Positions 18,046-27,898 are shown, counted from the first letter of the stretch. The stretch: 45,763 nucleotides of DNA from Pseudobacteriovorax sp. (GCA_050293845.1 JBNKNM010000022.1:1-45763); one strand, 5' to 3'. Translations and numbers: made by a program. The notes: generated from the letters alone by a model not told the origin.

Positions 18046-19593
18046 TTAGAGGTCTAAGCTGTCGATAATATGGAGGGGAGTCGGGTGACCAACCAGTTTT
18101 CTCGCCTTTTTCGCTGCTTGTACCAGCCTATGCTGAGCCATGAGGCTAGCGCTGGTAATGGGGATATTGGCGAGTGTATAGCTAGCGATGATCCCCGCTA
18201 AAATATCACCACTCCCCGCTTGAGCTAGGTCATTGTTTTGCTGACAATAGCAGTAGATACGATCATTGCTGGTGGGGTCAATTAATAGGGGTGTAGATGT
18301 CTTATAAAGCAGGCTTATGCCCCATTTGGCGAGCAGCTTTTGTAGAGCCTGGCAGTCTTCGAAATGTTCTAAACTGCTAATACCGAGATGGGAGCGACTG
18401 AATTCCCCAGGATGGGGTGTTAGAATGGTTGTTAGGGGGTTAAAGGCATATTGTGACCATCTTCCAATATCGTGTAGAGCACCCGCATCGATGACCATGG
18501 CAATGCCAGCAAGCGATAGCTCTTGAAGAACTTTCATTCCTGCTTGATCAAAAGGACTTTGCATCATACCAGGTCCGATGACCATAGCTTTGACCTTACG
18601 GGTCTTGGCGAAGTCAGCCAGGGCTGAAGCTTGAAGCTCTCCCGTTTCTAAAAAGAGGGGTTCGCTCGTGATGTACGGGGGCATTTGGTTAATCTTTTCC
18701 GGAGATGCAATTGTAACCCATCCAGCTCCTGCTTTGCATGCTGCCATGGCTGATAGGAGGGGAGCGCCTGTCTTTCCTGGACTGCCACCGATGACTAAAA
18801 CATGTCCCCTATCAAACTTATGGGCCATGGGGGAAAGTTTGTGCCATGGTTGCATGGTATCGATTTTTTCCGGTATGGCTTCCCAAATAAGGTCTTTTGC
18901 TCTATGGAGAGATGTTGTGACAGCTTGGCTATGAAATCCAATGGAAAATACTTTCACATTACCGCAATATTGGCTTATAGGGCTCAAGCGATGAACGGCT
19001 TTTGCATTTCCAAAAGTAACAGTATAGTCAGCCTTTAAGGGAGGCGGATTTTGCTTCCACTGATCGGAGGAAAGTCCTGAAGGAAGATCAATAGCTATGA
19101 CTGTGGCAGGGTTTCTGCTGCTGATATGGCTAAGGCTCTCTTGGAGTAATCCTACTTTAAGGCTACCTGTTAGCCCGATACCGAGGAACCCATCAATCAC
19201 AATGCAGCGACTGAAATCCTGCTGATGAAGAAGTTTTTCCAAGGTATACGGTGTGATTCCTTCGCTTGCAGCAAGACTTAATTGAATCTGTAAGTCAGTG
19301 GACTGTTTTTGCCTATCTAATTTATAGCAGTATATCTCAATTGGAAAACCCCAGGAACGCAAAAAGCGTGCGGCCACAATACTATCCCCGCCATTGTTTC
19401 CTGGGCCGCAAAGAATGATAAACCGTTTCCCCATTTGAAATTGTGATGCTGCAACCATAGCTACGCACCGCCCAGCCTCTTCCATCAAGCTTTGGCTAGG
19501 GACGCCGTGCTGCGTAATACTCAAGGAATCGACAGATCTTGCAACGTTTGCTGACCAAAGGGGAGTGCAGAAGTCTGTGGGCTGGATGTACAT
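18046..19593 (-). CDS. nnr: Bifunctional NAD(P)H-hydrate epimerase/dehydratase (YjeF)
   Basis: LMEEAG, CGPGNNGGD, IDLPSG, HKFDRGHVLVIGGS, LTPHPGEF, AGSGDILAG. Confidence 0.93.
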   Translation of the reverse strand: MYIQPTDFCTPLWSANVARSVDSLSITQHGVPSQSLMEEAGRCVAMVAASQFQMGKRFIILCGPGNNGGDSIVAARFLRSWGFPIEIYCYKLDRQKQSTDLQIQLSLAASEGITPYTLEKLLHQQDFSRCIVIDGFLGIGLTGSLKVGLLQESLSHISSRNPATVIAIDLPSGLSSDQWKQNPPPLKADYTVTFGNAKAVHRLSPISQYCGNVKVFSIGFHSQAVTTSLHRAKDLIWEAIPEKIDTMQPWHKLSPMAHKFDRGHVLVIGGSPGKTGAPLLSAMAACKAGAGWVTIASPEKINQMPPYITSEPLFLETGELQASALADFAKTRKVKAMVIGPGMMQSPFDQAGMKVLQELSLAGIAMVIDAGALHDIGRWSQYAFNPLTTILTPHPGEFSRSHLGISSLEHFEDCQALQKLLAKWGISLLYKTSTPLLIDPTSNDRIYCYCQQNNDLAQAGSGDILAGIIASYTLANIPITSASLMAQHRLVQAAKKARKLVGHPTPLHIIDSLDL

Positions 19594-19616
19594 AGAGAAA
19601 ACCTTACTATTCCAAA

Positions 19617-19916
19617 CTATTCATCAACTATCCCACCCGCCTTTTTGATAACTCTTATGATTTTTGATGTCACTTCAGATTTTAAAGCTTTATGGGATAA
19701 GGCTATTTTTTCCTTGGTTTGTAAAAATTGAGAGCCCTCGTCTTTTAATTCTTGTTTGAACTCTAGAGTTGAAGTTCCTAATTTGGAAAGTTTCACTGTT
19801 AGAGTGTTACCAGATAAATGAAAGGATACGATTTTACTGAGTGCTCGGTCTCCCATGGCCTCATCTAAGCTTTTCAGTATTTTTTCAGGATCTTTTTCAG
19901 AGAAGAATATTTTCAT
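19617..19916 (-). CDS. Hypothetical protein
   Basis: 99-aa ORF tightly packed in the operon, AGGA SD. Confidence 0.7.
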   Translation of the reverse strand: MKIFFSEKDPEKILKSLDEAMGDRALSKIVSFHLSGNTLTVKLSKLGTSTLEFKQELKDEGSQFLQTKEKIALSHKALKSEVTSKIIRVIKKAGGIVDE

Positions 19917-19924
19917 AGAGGGTC

Positions 19925-20404
19925 CTAACTAGTTATGTCAAAAGCTGTGCTACATAAGTCGTGAAGTAGCTGTTTGATAATCATCTCGTTAGTGACGATA
20001 GCACTTGTATCCATGCACCATGTCAATCCGCCGAGAGCGTCCATTCTGGCTTCGAATACGTGGAGAGATTCACGTCTTTGCCGGAACGCTTGGGTGGATT
20101 CTAATATTGCTTCCATTTTTGCGCCAGACCTTTCTAAACGAAGTTGGAGATTTCTAACCAAAATGACAAAACCCTTCATGTAATGATCCTGATCGCAATA
20201 TATAGGGAATATTTTAAGGCGTTTTGTCTCATCAACATATTCGTTATAGGTATTGACGGATAAAACAAGCTCCTGGTAAATATCGCTTATGACACTACGA
20301 ATTATGGTTTTATTATGGCAACGTATTTCGTGAAGATTATCAATTTCCCAGCGTCCATGGACAAAATTGGAACGTGCCAGTGTTTTGATCCAAAAAAGGT
20401 CCAT
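19925..20404 (-). CDS. Hypothetical protein
   Basis: 159-aa ORF with GGGAG SD, 9 nt after the upstream stop. Confidence 0.75.
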   Translation of the reverse strand: MDLFWIKTLARSNFVHGRWEIDNLHEIRCHNKTIIRSVISDIYQELVLSVNTYNEYVDETKRLKIFPIYCDQDHYMKGFVILVRNLQLRLERSGAKMEAILESTQAFRQRRESLHVFEARMDALGGLTWCMDTSAIVTNEMIIKQLLHDLCSTAFDITS

Positions 20405-20413
20405 GGGGCTCCC

Positions 20414-22057
20414 TCAAAAACTTAGTTGAGCGACAATTTGGCTGTTAAAATTTGTTAGGAATGTGGGAAACACTTCGGCTACAGACTTGGTTGCGGGAGC
20501 GTCGGGCTCAATGTCTACATTACGATCTTGGCCAGCGGCATTAACGGTAATGGATAGCCATTTGGTTATGGCAAAGTGTAATGAGGCAAGGCCACCTAAA
20601 TTGGTATGGGAAAACTCAGCATTAAGATTCCCATCTCCAATACTATACAGATGGTTGCCAAGAACGTGCTCAAATTGACCCATGATATCCAAGGAAAGGT
20701 TGGGGGTAAACGAGTAGGTGACTCCTAGGGACAAGCGATTGTACCAATCAGGGCCATCAAGTTCCTTGTCATCATAATCAAACTGGGAAAAATCACCCTT
20801 AATATAAAAGTCGAGCCTTTCAGATAATTTGTAGGCAAGGGTTATATATTCATTGGTTCTTACGCGATATTTTTCTTGTAGGACATTCTCAATCATATAC
20901 TCAATTTTGAGAATTAGGGAGTAATTGGCATTGGTTTGGCCCAAATTGAGAAAAATGTTAGGCCTGCTACTCGAGTTAGACAAGTCTCCTTCTGGGAACA
21001 GGATATAATCGGAAAAACCCAGGGCTAACCAGGTTGTTCCGCCTATATTCCACTCGGGACCCGTGGTCAATTTAGTTTCGACATAGCTGTTATAATCATC
21101 AGTATCTAATACAAGATACTTAAAATCATTTTCAGTATTAGCTAGAAAACTTATAGGATTATTTTTATGTTCTAGGCTGGTGGCTTTAATGTGAGTCATC
21201 AGGTGGAAGTGGTTGCGTATTTTTTTTTCTCCAAACTCAAAGTTATTGCCGAAGTTGGCAAATAAACCAAATTCGGAATGCACCGCAGTATTCTGTGCTA
21301 ATTCTGAAAAATCCTGATTTTGACTCAAGTATGAAACTATGGTTCCCATTTGATTATGTGCCAGGAGAAAGCCGGTATTGGGAATTATCACTTCTTCTGG
21401 TTTGGGTTGCTCTACAACCTGAACTTCTTGGGGCTTAGACTGCTTTTGCTCTGTAGATTCTTTCGATGGCTTTTGAGCTTCTAAAATTTTCCCTTCTGCG
21501 TATCGTTGATAAAGCCTACGGCTTTTCATAAGTTTGCTTGGCAATACGACAGCTTGTTGCATCAGGTCCAGACCAAGCTTATAGTTCTTTGTCTTGACGG
21601 CGCAGACTCCCCCGTAATAACTGGCTAGATCATATAAAGGATGTCCAGATGGTACTCGCCGAAAGGCAGCTAATGCAATGGGAAACTTTTTCTTTCGTAT
21701 GTGGGCCTGGCCATATTCGTAACTGGTATCGGGGTCAAGATTTTCTAAGACCAACTGAGAGAATACTTTGTACGCTTTATCAATCTTGCCTAGTCGGTAG
21801 AAGCTCCTTGCGGTATAAACCAAGGAAGGTTCATGGCTAGGGTAGCTTCTCAAGATAACAGCAAAAACCGAGATGGCTTCACTGTACTTTTTTTTCTCAA
21901 AAAACATGGTACCTTTGCTAACAAGTTTCAATACTCCAAGCTTCTTACTGGGTCGACGAGTCAGACCTGATCGGGGAGTATCTTGAGCCAATAGATCTTC
22001 GCAATGCCAAGTGGGCATGTTTACTAAAACCAAATACAACAAGAACTTTGGTGACAT
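20414..22057 (-). CDS. Exported TPR protein with a C-terminal outer-membrane beta-barrel
   Basis: Signal-like N-terminus, TPR helices (YSEAISVF...AYKVF...ALAAF), amphipathic aromatic strands and C-terminal Phe (AQLSF). Confidence 0.7.
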   Translation of the reverse strand: MSPKFLLYLVLVNMPTWHCEDLLAQDTPRSGLTRRPSKKLGVLKLVSKGTMFFEKKKYSEAISVFAVILRSYPSHEPSLVYTARSFYRLGKIDKAYKVFSQLVLENLDPDTSYEYGQAHIRKKKFPIALAAFRRVPSGHPLYDLASYYGGVCAVKTKNYKLGLDLMQQAVVLPSKLMKSRRLYQRYAEGKILEAQKPSKESTEQKQSKPQEVQVVEQPKPEEVIIPNTGFLLAHNQMGTIVSYLSQNQDFSELAQNTAVHSEFGLFANFGNNFEFGEKKIRNHFHLMTHIKATSLEHKNNPISFLANTENDFKYLVLDTDDYNSYVETKLTTGPEWNIGGTTWLALGFSDYILFPEGDLSNSSSRPNIFLNLGQTNANYSLILKIEYMIENVLQEKYRVRTNEYITLAYKLSERLDFYIKGDFSQFDYDDKELDGPDWYNRLSLGVTYSFTPNLSLDIMGQFEHVLGNHLYSIGDGNLNAEFSHTNLGGLASLHFAITKWLSITVNAAGQDRNVDIEPDAPATKSVAEVFPTFLTNFNSQIVAQLSF

Positions 22058-22180
22058 TTAAAGAGCCTGCTATGAATTTTTGTCGATCTTCATGATTATA
22101 GCATTTTGTATCTGATGGCGTAGCTTTTAAGCTCTAGTTCAGACAAAATATTTATTTAATAATTTTAGTCAGTTCAAAGA

Positions 22181-22209
22181 TTGATCTTAAAAAGCCACCA
22201 TGATATAAT
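22181..22209 (+). promoter_or_regulatory. sigma70 promoter for rpoZ
   Basis: TTGATC-N17-TATAAT with an extended -10 TG. Confidence 0.6.
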
Positions 22210-22338
22210 TACCAGATAGGTTAAAATTCTACAAAAAACTTCAGCCAAGGTCTTTGAAAAACATCAAATCAAGGATTGACTACAGCATTTAGCTTTACTA
22301 GAAGAAAGTTTCCTTTTTTATCACAGGAGTCGAAAAGA

Positions 22339-22548
22339 ATGGCCCGTGTCTCAATCGAAGATTGTCTAGAGCATATTAAAAATCGTTTTGCGCTTGTAGC
22401 TGTTGCGTCTCATCGTACGCGCCAGCTAATGGAAGGCAAGGCCCCCCTTGTGAAGACAAAAAATAAGGAAGCTGTTACCGCCCTTAGGGAAATTGCAGAA
22501 GGAATGGTAGTGTCAACCAGTCATGAAGCAAATATCTCGATGGAGTAA
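22339..22548 (+). CDS. rpoZ: RNA polymerase omega subunit
   Basis: MARVSIEDCLEHIKNRFALVAVASHRTRQL...NKEAVTALREIAEG; AGGAG SD before ATG 22339. Confidence 0.95.
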   Translation: MARVSIEDCLEHIKNRFALVAVASHRTRQLMEGKAPLVKTKNKEAVTALREIAEGMVVSTSHEANISME

Positions 22549-22596
22549 TTTGGATTCTTGAGGTTTTTTTGGTGAGGTGTTTCTGCAGAATCGATG

Positions 22597-22962
22597 CTAG
22601 CCATCGATTCCTGAAACTGCTGCGCCGATAATATATATACTTATCAGTCTATCTAACACTTCGTCGCGAGACAAAAACTGGGGATTAAACCAAGCTTGAC
22701 CTTGGATATCCTGCCATAACTGCTCTCCCAAGACTTGGCTGATGGCTTCTGTAAGAATATCCCTAAAGTCTAGATAGTCCCATGCCATTTCGTTAAAGGA
22801 TTGGCAGTGCTCGAAGTATTTGTGCCGAAACACTTCATAACTGAGAAAACAATGAGCTGCGACATAGGATCTAATATAATCGTCTAGAAATGTCTTATTC
22901 TTTTCTAGAAACTGCTGTTTTTTCTTCTGTCGAAATGCATTTAAGTAAAACACCTGGCTCAT
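22597..22962 (-). CDS. Hypothetical protein
   Basis: 121-aa ORF with AGGA SD, preceded by a sigma28-like site. Confidence 0.75.
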   Translation of the reverse strand: MSQVFYLNAFRQKKKQQFLEKNKTFLDDYIRSYVAAHCFLSYEVFRHKYFEHCQSFNEMAWDYLDFRDILTEAISQVLGEQLWQDIQGQAWFNPQFLSRDEVLDRLISIYIIGAAVSGIDG

Positions 22963-23020
22963 GACTGCTTCCTGTTACTCATATCAAACGGAAATTCCTA
23001 ACTATCCAGCTTCAAAATTG

Positions 23021-23047
23021 ATATCGGTTGAATTTTGAAATTACTTA
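23021..23047 (-). promoter_or_regulatory. sigma28-like promoter
   Basis: TAAG-N15-ACCGATAT. Confidence 0.55.
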
Positions 23048-23118
23048 AGGCTTCGGGGCATACCTTCTGGGCTCTTCCTGCCTACCTTATATAGGAAAAA
23101 TATCATTATATCGGGATA

Positions 23119-23147
23119 TTGGATTGAATATCTGCGAGGGCTATAGT
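23119..23147 (+). promoter_or_regulatory. sigma70-like promoter for the paralog pair
   Basis: TTGGAT-N17-TATAGT. Confidence 0.45.
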
Positions 23148-23178
23148 TAAGGGGATGGAGCAATTGGGGGAGAGTCAT

Positions 23179-23550
23179 ATGAAACTTAACGTTGGAGATA
23201 TGATGTTTACCCGCAACGGTCGTCCTGCTGTTGTTGTCGGAAGGCAGGATTCAGGTGAGGCCACGGCACAGCGCAAGGGGGAGGAGTTTGAGAAAGCTAG
23301 AAAATTTGGCTTTATTAATGGTCTTTCTCCAAACCAGCGTTCAAAATTTTCCGATATAGTAATGAAGGCTCGTGAAAAGCCTGCTCCTGAAGACCGAGTG
23401 CAAGTGATTCAAGCGCAGGTCGAACAATTGGGGACAGCTCCCCAAAACTGGGTACTTAAGCGTTATTTAGAAGGTGAAATGTCATACATCATGAACTCAG
23501 AAGGGGTACATCCCACAATTTTTACTTTTGAGGAAAATGATTTAATTTAA
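23179..23550 (+). CDS. Hypothetical protein (paralog A of a tandem pair)
   Basis: GGGAG SD before ATG 23179; colinear similarity to the next ORF. Confidence 0.8.
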   Translation: MKLNVGDMMFTRNGRPAVVVGRQDSGEATAQRKGEEFEKARKFGFINGLSPNQRSKFSDIVMKAREKPAPEDRVQVIQAQVEQLGTAPQNWVLKRYLEGEMSYIMNSEGVHPTIFTFEENDLI

Positions 23551-23560
23551 GGGAGAGAAT

Positions 23561-23962
23561 ATGGCTAATATTGGTGATTTAGTGCCGAAAGCAGGGATCT
23601 ATACAAACCCTGGAGTTGTTGTTGAAAAAAAAGAAGATGGCACAGTAGTGATTGATACGGAACCAATGACTATTCATAAATTCCATCGCTACACTAATAC
23701 AACAGGATTGAACGAGACTGAAAAAAATAAGTTTAACATGATATTGGATGAAATTTATCAAAGTAACAATGATGTGGAAAAAATTAATGGTATTCAAAAA
23801 AATATTGATCGTTTGAAGGTTGATCCAGAAAATACTAAGATCGTACAATATCTGCGCAATCAACAGTCTCACTTGATCCGCAAGGCGAAGGAGCTACCGC
23901 GCAGCTATAACTGGGATGCTTCCAATATCCGAGGTTTGCCTAAGGAAAAAATTGATATCTAA
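23561..23962 (+). CDS. Hypothetical protein (paralog B of a tandem pair)
   Basis: GGGAG SD; colinear similarity to the previous ORF. Confidence 0.8.
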   Translation: MANIGDLVPKAGIYTNPGVVVEKKEDGTVVIDTEPMTIHKFHRYTNTTGLNETEKNKFNMILDEIYQSNNDVEKINGIQKNIDRLKVDPENTKIVQYLRNQQSHLIRKAKELPRSYNWDASNIRGLPKEKIDI

Positions 23963-25170
23963 GCTGTTGCGTTAAGCTGATTTAATAGCTTGCGTGCTTT
24001 GCTGTAGTTAGGCTCCTTAATCAAGGCCAATTGCAAAAATTGTTTTGCGGAGCGAATTTTACCCCATCTTGAATAGCAAAGTCCCATGTTAAAAAATAAC
24101 ATAGGGCTTTTATCTTGCTGGGGTAATACATACTGAGCTTTTGAATAATGATTAAGAGCTTCTTCAAATTTATTTGCCCGCACCAAAACAATGCCTTGTT
24201 GGTTTAAAGTAGAGGCTACTTTTGAGGCCAGTGAAGACTGCGCTAGCAGGCTTCGACTTTCATCAAGTTCTCCTTGCTCAAACCTTATGGCTGCCAGACC
24301 ATTCAAGGCTGAGCCGCAAAACTCGTCTTTATCCAGAGCAGTTTGGAAGTAATGTTCAGCTTTTTGGATATCTTGCAGTGAATGATGGATTTCACCCATT
24401 TTCACTAGTCTAGAAACATTGTTTTTGTTCCTTCCTTGTGAGTTTTTGAGCATAAATAATGCCTTATCAGAGGCTCCTCTCTTGCAGTAGAGATCTATCA
24501 TTTTTACTTTTGCCGGATAGTATTGGGCATCAAGTTGTAGGGCCCTTTGCCATTGTTCCTCAGCAGCAACGTGCTGCTCGGTTTTGCTATAGTAAGTGCC
24601 TAGGGCATGAAAGTATCGTGGCGACCTGTTATTATCAAGTTCCCCTATTTTTTCAATTTTCGATCGTAATTTACTCAGTTCTTCTTGGGATGTTGAAAGA
24701 TCTATTTTTTCCAAAGTTAGATGAAGCATGCGCCAAATTTTGTTTTGTTTTAACTCTGGGGTAAGCTCTTCATAAAAAAACTCATGAAGCTTTTTAGCAC
24801 TGTTATTGATATCAATATAGTTATCGCGCATTTCAACAATGGTGTTGACTCCCAACTCTGAAAAATACACATAATCTTCTTGTCGAGGGTCTGAGGTGAT
24901 AATTATCAGCCGCTCTTCCAAATCAAAACTTGGTTCAAATTCTAACAACTCTTCTATGGCGGCACCACCGAGCCTTTTTCCTGACTCCCAATGAATGATA
25001 ATTTTGGGAGTATCTTGTATGCGCGACCAACTAGATCGTAAAGATCTTTCCGGGTCGACATGGATAAACTCTAGCTTCTTCTTATGAAAAAAACTACAGA
25101 CGGTGTTCCAAACCCAATGGGAATGCTGGTCACACAGAAATACAATTTCGTTAAAAGTGGATGATTTCAT
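23959..25170 (-). CDS. Pseudo-receiver domain plus TPR-repeat protein
   Basis: N-terminal alpha/beta receiver-like pattern (PKIIIHWE, LIIITS, LGVNTIV) followed by multiple TPRs (AEEQWQRALQLD, AEHYFQTALDKD, FNMGLCY). Confidence 0.7.
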   Translation of the reverse strand: MKSSTFNEIVFLCDQHSHWVWNTVCSFFHKKKLEFIHVDPERSLRSSWSRIQDTPKIIIHWESGKRLGGAAIEELLEFEPSFDLEERLIIITSDPRQEDYVYFSELGVNTIVEMRDNYIDINNSAKKLHEFFYEELTPELKQNKIWRMLHLTLEKIDLSTSQEELSKLRSKIEKIGELDNNRSPRYFHALGTYYSKTEQHVAAEEQWQRALQLDAQYYPAKVKMIDLYCKRGASDKALFMLKNSQGRNKNNVSRLVKMGEIHHSLQDIQKAEHYFQTALDKDEFCGSALNGLAAIRFEQGELDESRSLLAQSSLASKVASTLNQQGIVLVRANKFEEALNHYSKAQYVLPQQDKSPMLFFNMGLCYSRWGKIRSAKQFLQLALIKEPNYSKARKLLNQLNATA

Positions 25171-25204
25171 AAGGTGTTATCCTCAACGCCTCCATTTTAA
25201 TCTG

Positions 25205-25231
25205 ATATCGACGGAACTGGTAGGAGGGTTA
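25205..25231 (-). promoter_or_regulatory. sigma28-like promoter
   Basis: TAAC-N15-GTCGATAT, 35 nt upstream of ATG 25170. Confidence 0.55.
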
Positions 25232-25265
25232 AAAGAAAAAACAATAGGGAAAGATTTACAGGCGC

Positions 25266-27458
25266 TTAGTCTTGTTTTTTTGCAATATTCCACTGGGCTT
25301 CACGGCGGAACATTTCTAAAATTTCGTACCCTCCAGGGTGTGAATGATGTAAAGCTTGGGTGAAGCTCTTCGTAGCTAAGTCGTAATAGCTATTTTGCAT
25401 CATGCGTATCCCTAAGTACTTATACCACTCGTATTTAATATTATTACTTAGGGTAGAGGGGATGGGTAGGTTCCACAGTGATGTCAATTTTGCCCTGGAG
25501 TAAGTTATCTGCCGACGCAGATGAAGATAGCTGAAGAGCCAGGTATTATTCTTCTTCAACTGCTTATAAGGCGTGAGTTGAGCCAGGTATCCGACCAGCT
25601 CTTGGAGATCTGCTGGTGACAAATGCAAACTTGCAAAGATACGTAGATCTAACTGACGCTCATGGGAGAACCCTAAAAAATTCTGCTTTGCTAGTATCTT
25701 CATGCCATTCAACTGCTGTTTAAAAGCTTCCAAGTCATGAGATAGTAAGTAATGCAGGTCCGCAGCCAGCATCTTAAAAGAGAATTCTTCCAAATATTCT
25801 ATATTATCCTTTTGGGGGAACAGACTGATGATGCGATGAACTTGATCAATATCATTTTTTTCAAATGCTGACTTGATTTGCAAAAAATTCTCTTGGAAGC
25901 GATGCCGCATGGACTGGGGTTCTAGATGCCTTAACCAATTGACAAAATCTCGGTGCTGCCATGGGGAAGGTTGGCGCCAGCCTGGAAAGATTTTTCCATT
26001 TTTTCCCAATGTAGCCTTGCTATGAGGGCAAAGGTCTAAAAAGATCCCAGGATAGCGAAAAATCGCCTCTCCAAAGCGATTATTTTCTTTTTTAGGTAGC
26101 TTGCCTACTGTAGTCAGCCATTCTTGGATAGCCTCCTGCATGGAAACAGAAAAGATGTTCTCCCATGACTCCCCTTTATAGAGACGCATGACCTGCTCTT
26201 TACTATAAGTTATCAACAAATATTTTATGAATGAGCCCGCAGTTCGATAGGCGCGACGGCCCGACTGCAGCCAAAAACGAGGACTGAATAGGAGTTCGAG
26301 GGGAGGTAATTGGTCTTGCTCCTTAAGGGTTCGTACACTCTCATTCAAGCTGAATGTGCCTTCCGTGGGTGCGAGTGCCATAGCTAAGCCTTCGGTAAAA
26401 GCAATATTGGGGTGAAAGCCCAACCCCCAAAAAGCATCTCCAGAAGTAATGGCATGGACCAGCTCATGACGTAAGGTTGCGTGAGGCCAGGACTCCCAGG
26501 TAATGTGAATAGATGGTGTTACTACATCGGTAACATCTGTAGAGCCACCACCAAAAACTTTCTTTTTCTGATTTTGATTATTGTAAACATAAATCTGAAC
26601 GGGAGTTTCGAGAGTATTATATTCCTGTAGATCATCGAGATTAAATTCAATCTGGCGGGTCAATTGATCAATTCTGTGGAGGTTTTTTCTGGAGTCTTCA
26701 CCGGCAAAGTGCAACTCATAGCCGTTTCCTGCATGGGTTTGGGGTAAAGCTGTGCGCAGTATTTTACTGCCATGACCATGGCTTGCAAAGGGAAATGGAA
26801 TGAGATTAATAATCAGAGTTGCTAGCAAGCCAGGAATCCAAATAAACCGACTGATAATTTCCCTACTAGGTCTTAGAGCCAGTACTGTAAAAAGCCCTAT
26901 GAGGCCATGTATGGAGCGAGATAGAAAAATCCCACCATCAACGGGAATCCAATGATCGTAGATAGGACCATGGAGAAACCCCCAAAAAAGACCTGTCAGT
27001 CTTTTTTGGGGGAAAATCCATAAAATAATTAGGGGAAGAACTCCTATGGAAAAACCAAAAGCAATCTGAATTAAAAACCTTTTAAAATAAGGCAGGTGGA
27101 GCTGGCATATCCGGTAGGTCGCAAAAAATGTACCCCATGCTACCAGCCAGCCCGGCCCCCACAATAGCATTAACCACAGCAAAGTTTCTCGGGGAGAGCA
27201 AGAACAGCTCTGTTGGTATAATAAGAGAACAAGGGGGGATAGGGTAGCTAAAAAGCCAAATGTGATCAGTTGCTTATATTGAGTCAGGATCGTTTGATGC
27301 AGATACTTGATTTGACCAGCTATAAAAGCTAGTAAAATAAAAAGAATATTTAGACACAGAAAAAATTCATATTCAAGATTCCGGTTAATGGGAAACACCA
27401 GAGATGCCCAGGAGAAAGCAGCAAATCCTGATAAATAAAAAAGTAATTTACTATTCAT
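25266..27458 (-). CDS. Membrane-anchored gluzincin metallopeptidase (peptidase MA-like) with a TPR-like tail
   Basis: About 7 N-terminal TM helices; TLRHELVH, FTEGLAMAL (third ligand Glu), AYRTAGSFIKYL. Confidence 0.75.
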   Translation of the reverse strand: MNSKLLFYLSGFAAFSWASLVFPINRNLEYEFFLCLNILFILLAFIAGQIKYLHQTILTQYKQLITFGFLATLSPLVLLLYQQSCSCSPRETLLWLMLLWGPGWLVAWGTFFATYRICQLHLPYFKRFLIQIAFGFSIGVLPLIILWIFPQKRLTGLFWGFLHGPIYDHWIPVDGGIFLSRSIHGLIGLFTVLALRPSREIISRFIWIPGLLATLIINLIPFPFASHGHGSKILRTALPQTHAGNGYELHFAGEDSRKNLHRIDQLTRQIEFNLDDLQEYNTLETPVQIYVYNNQNQKKKVFGGGSTDVTDVVTPSIHITWESWPHATLRHELVHAITSGDAFWGLGFHPNIAFTEGLAMALAPTEGTFSLNESVRTLKEQDQLPPLELLFSPRFWLQSGRRAYRTAGSFIKYLLITYSKEQVMRLYKGESWENIFSVSMQEAIQEWLTTVGKLPKKENNRFGEAIFRYPGIFLDLCPHSKATLGKNGKIFPGWRQPSPWQHRDFVNWLRHLEPQSMRHRFQENFLQIKSAFEKNDIDQVHRIISLFPQKDNIEYLEEFSFKMLAADLHYLLSHDLEAFKQQLNGMKILAKQNFLGFSHERQLDLRIFASLHLSPADLQELVGYLAQLTPYKQLKKNNTWLFSYLHLRRQITYSRAKLTSLWNLPIPSTLSNNIKYEWYKYLGIRMMQNSYYDLATKSFTQALHHSHPGGYEILEMFRREAQWNIAKKQD

Positions 27459-27898
27459 ATGGTCTCAAAAAAATATTTCTTACGACTACCTTGCTTACAA
27501 GCTGCGACGATTTGTTTTTGATTTTTCTGTATCTCTCGAAAAATTTTTTCTTCATCAAATCTTTGTGGTGATTGTTGGAGCAGACTCCGCATACGTTGTG
27601 ATAATCCACGAAATAGATGAGAAATTCTTATACTCAGCATGCACTCTCCTGGTTCGATCATAATGCTAGCATGTGTTTTATATGTTTCAAAGTCGGCAAA
27701 AAGATCATTGGCTTCAGTATCGTCGAACAAATTGACAACGAATTGCAGCTGCTTAAGTTTAGCATCAATAATTTTATGGGTCTCATCCTTATACACACTG
27801 GCACGATAGTACCTCAATTGCTGGATTACCTCATCCTGGATGTCTTTGCAAAGGTCTGCTAACTCTGTTAGCACATCGATGTAGTCTAACCTTGCCAT
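27455..27898 (-). CDS. Hypothetical helical protein, translationally coupled to the peptidase
   Basis: G-rich SD; ATGA 4-nt overlap with the downstream gene. Confidence 0.75.
   Translation of the reverse strand: MARLDYIDVLTELADLCKDIQDEVIQQLRYYRASVYKDETHKIIDAKLKQLQFVVNLFDDTEANDLFADFETYKTHASIMIEPGECMLSIRISHLFRGLSQRMRSLLQQSPQRFDEEKIFREIQKNQKQIVAACKQGSRKKYFFETI

Noticed and set aside
22276..22338. N-terminal extension of RpoZ in the ORF track
   Set aside because: ATG 22339 has an AGGAG SD and gives the canonical MARV start.
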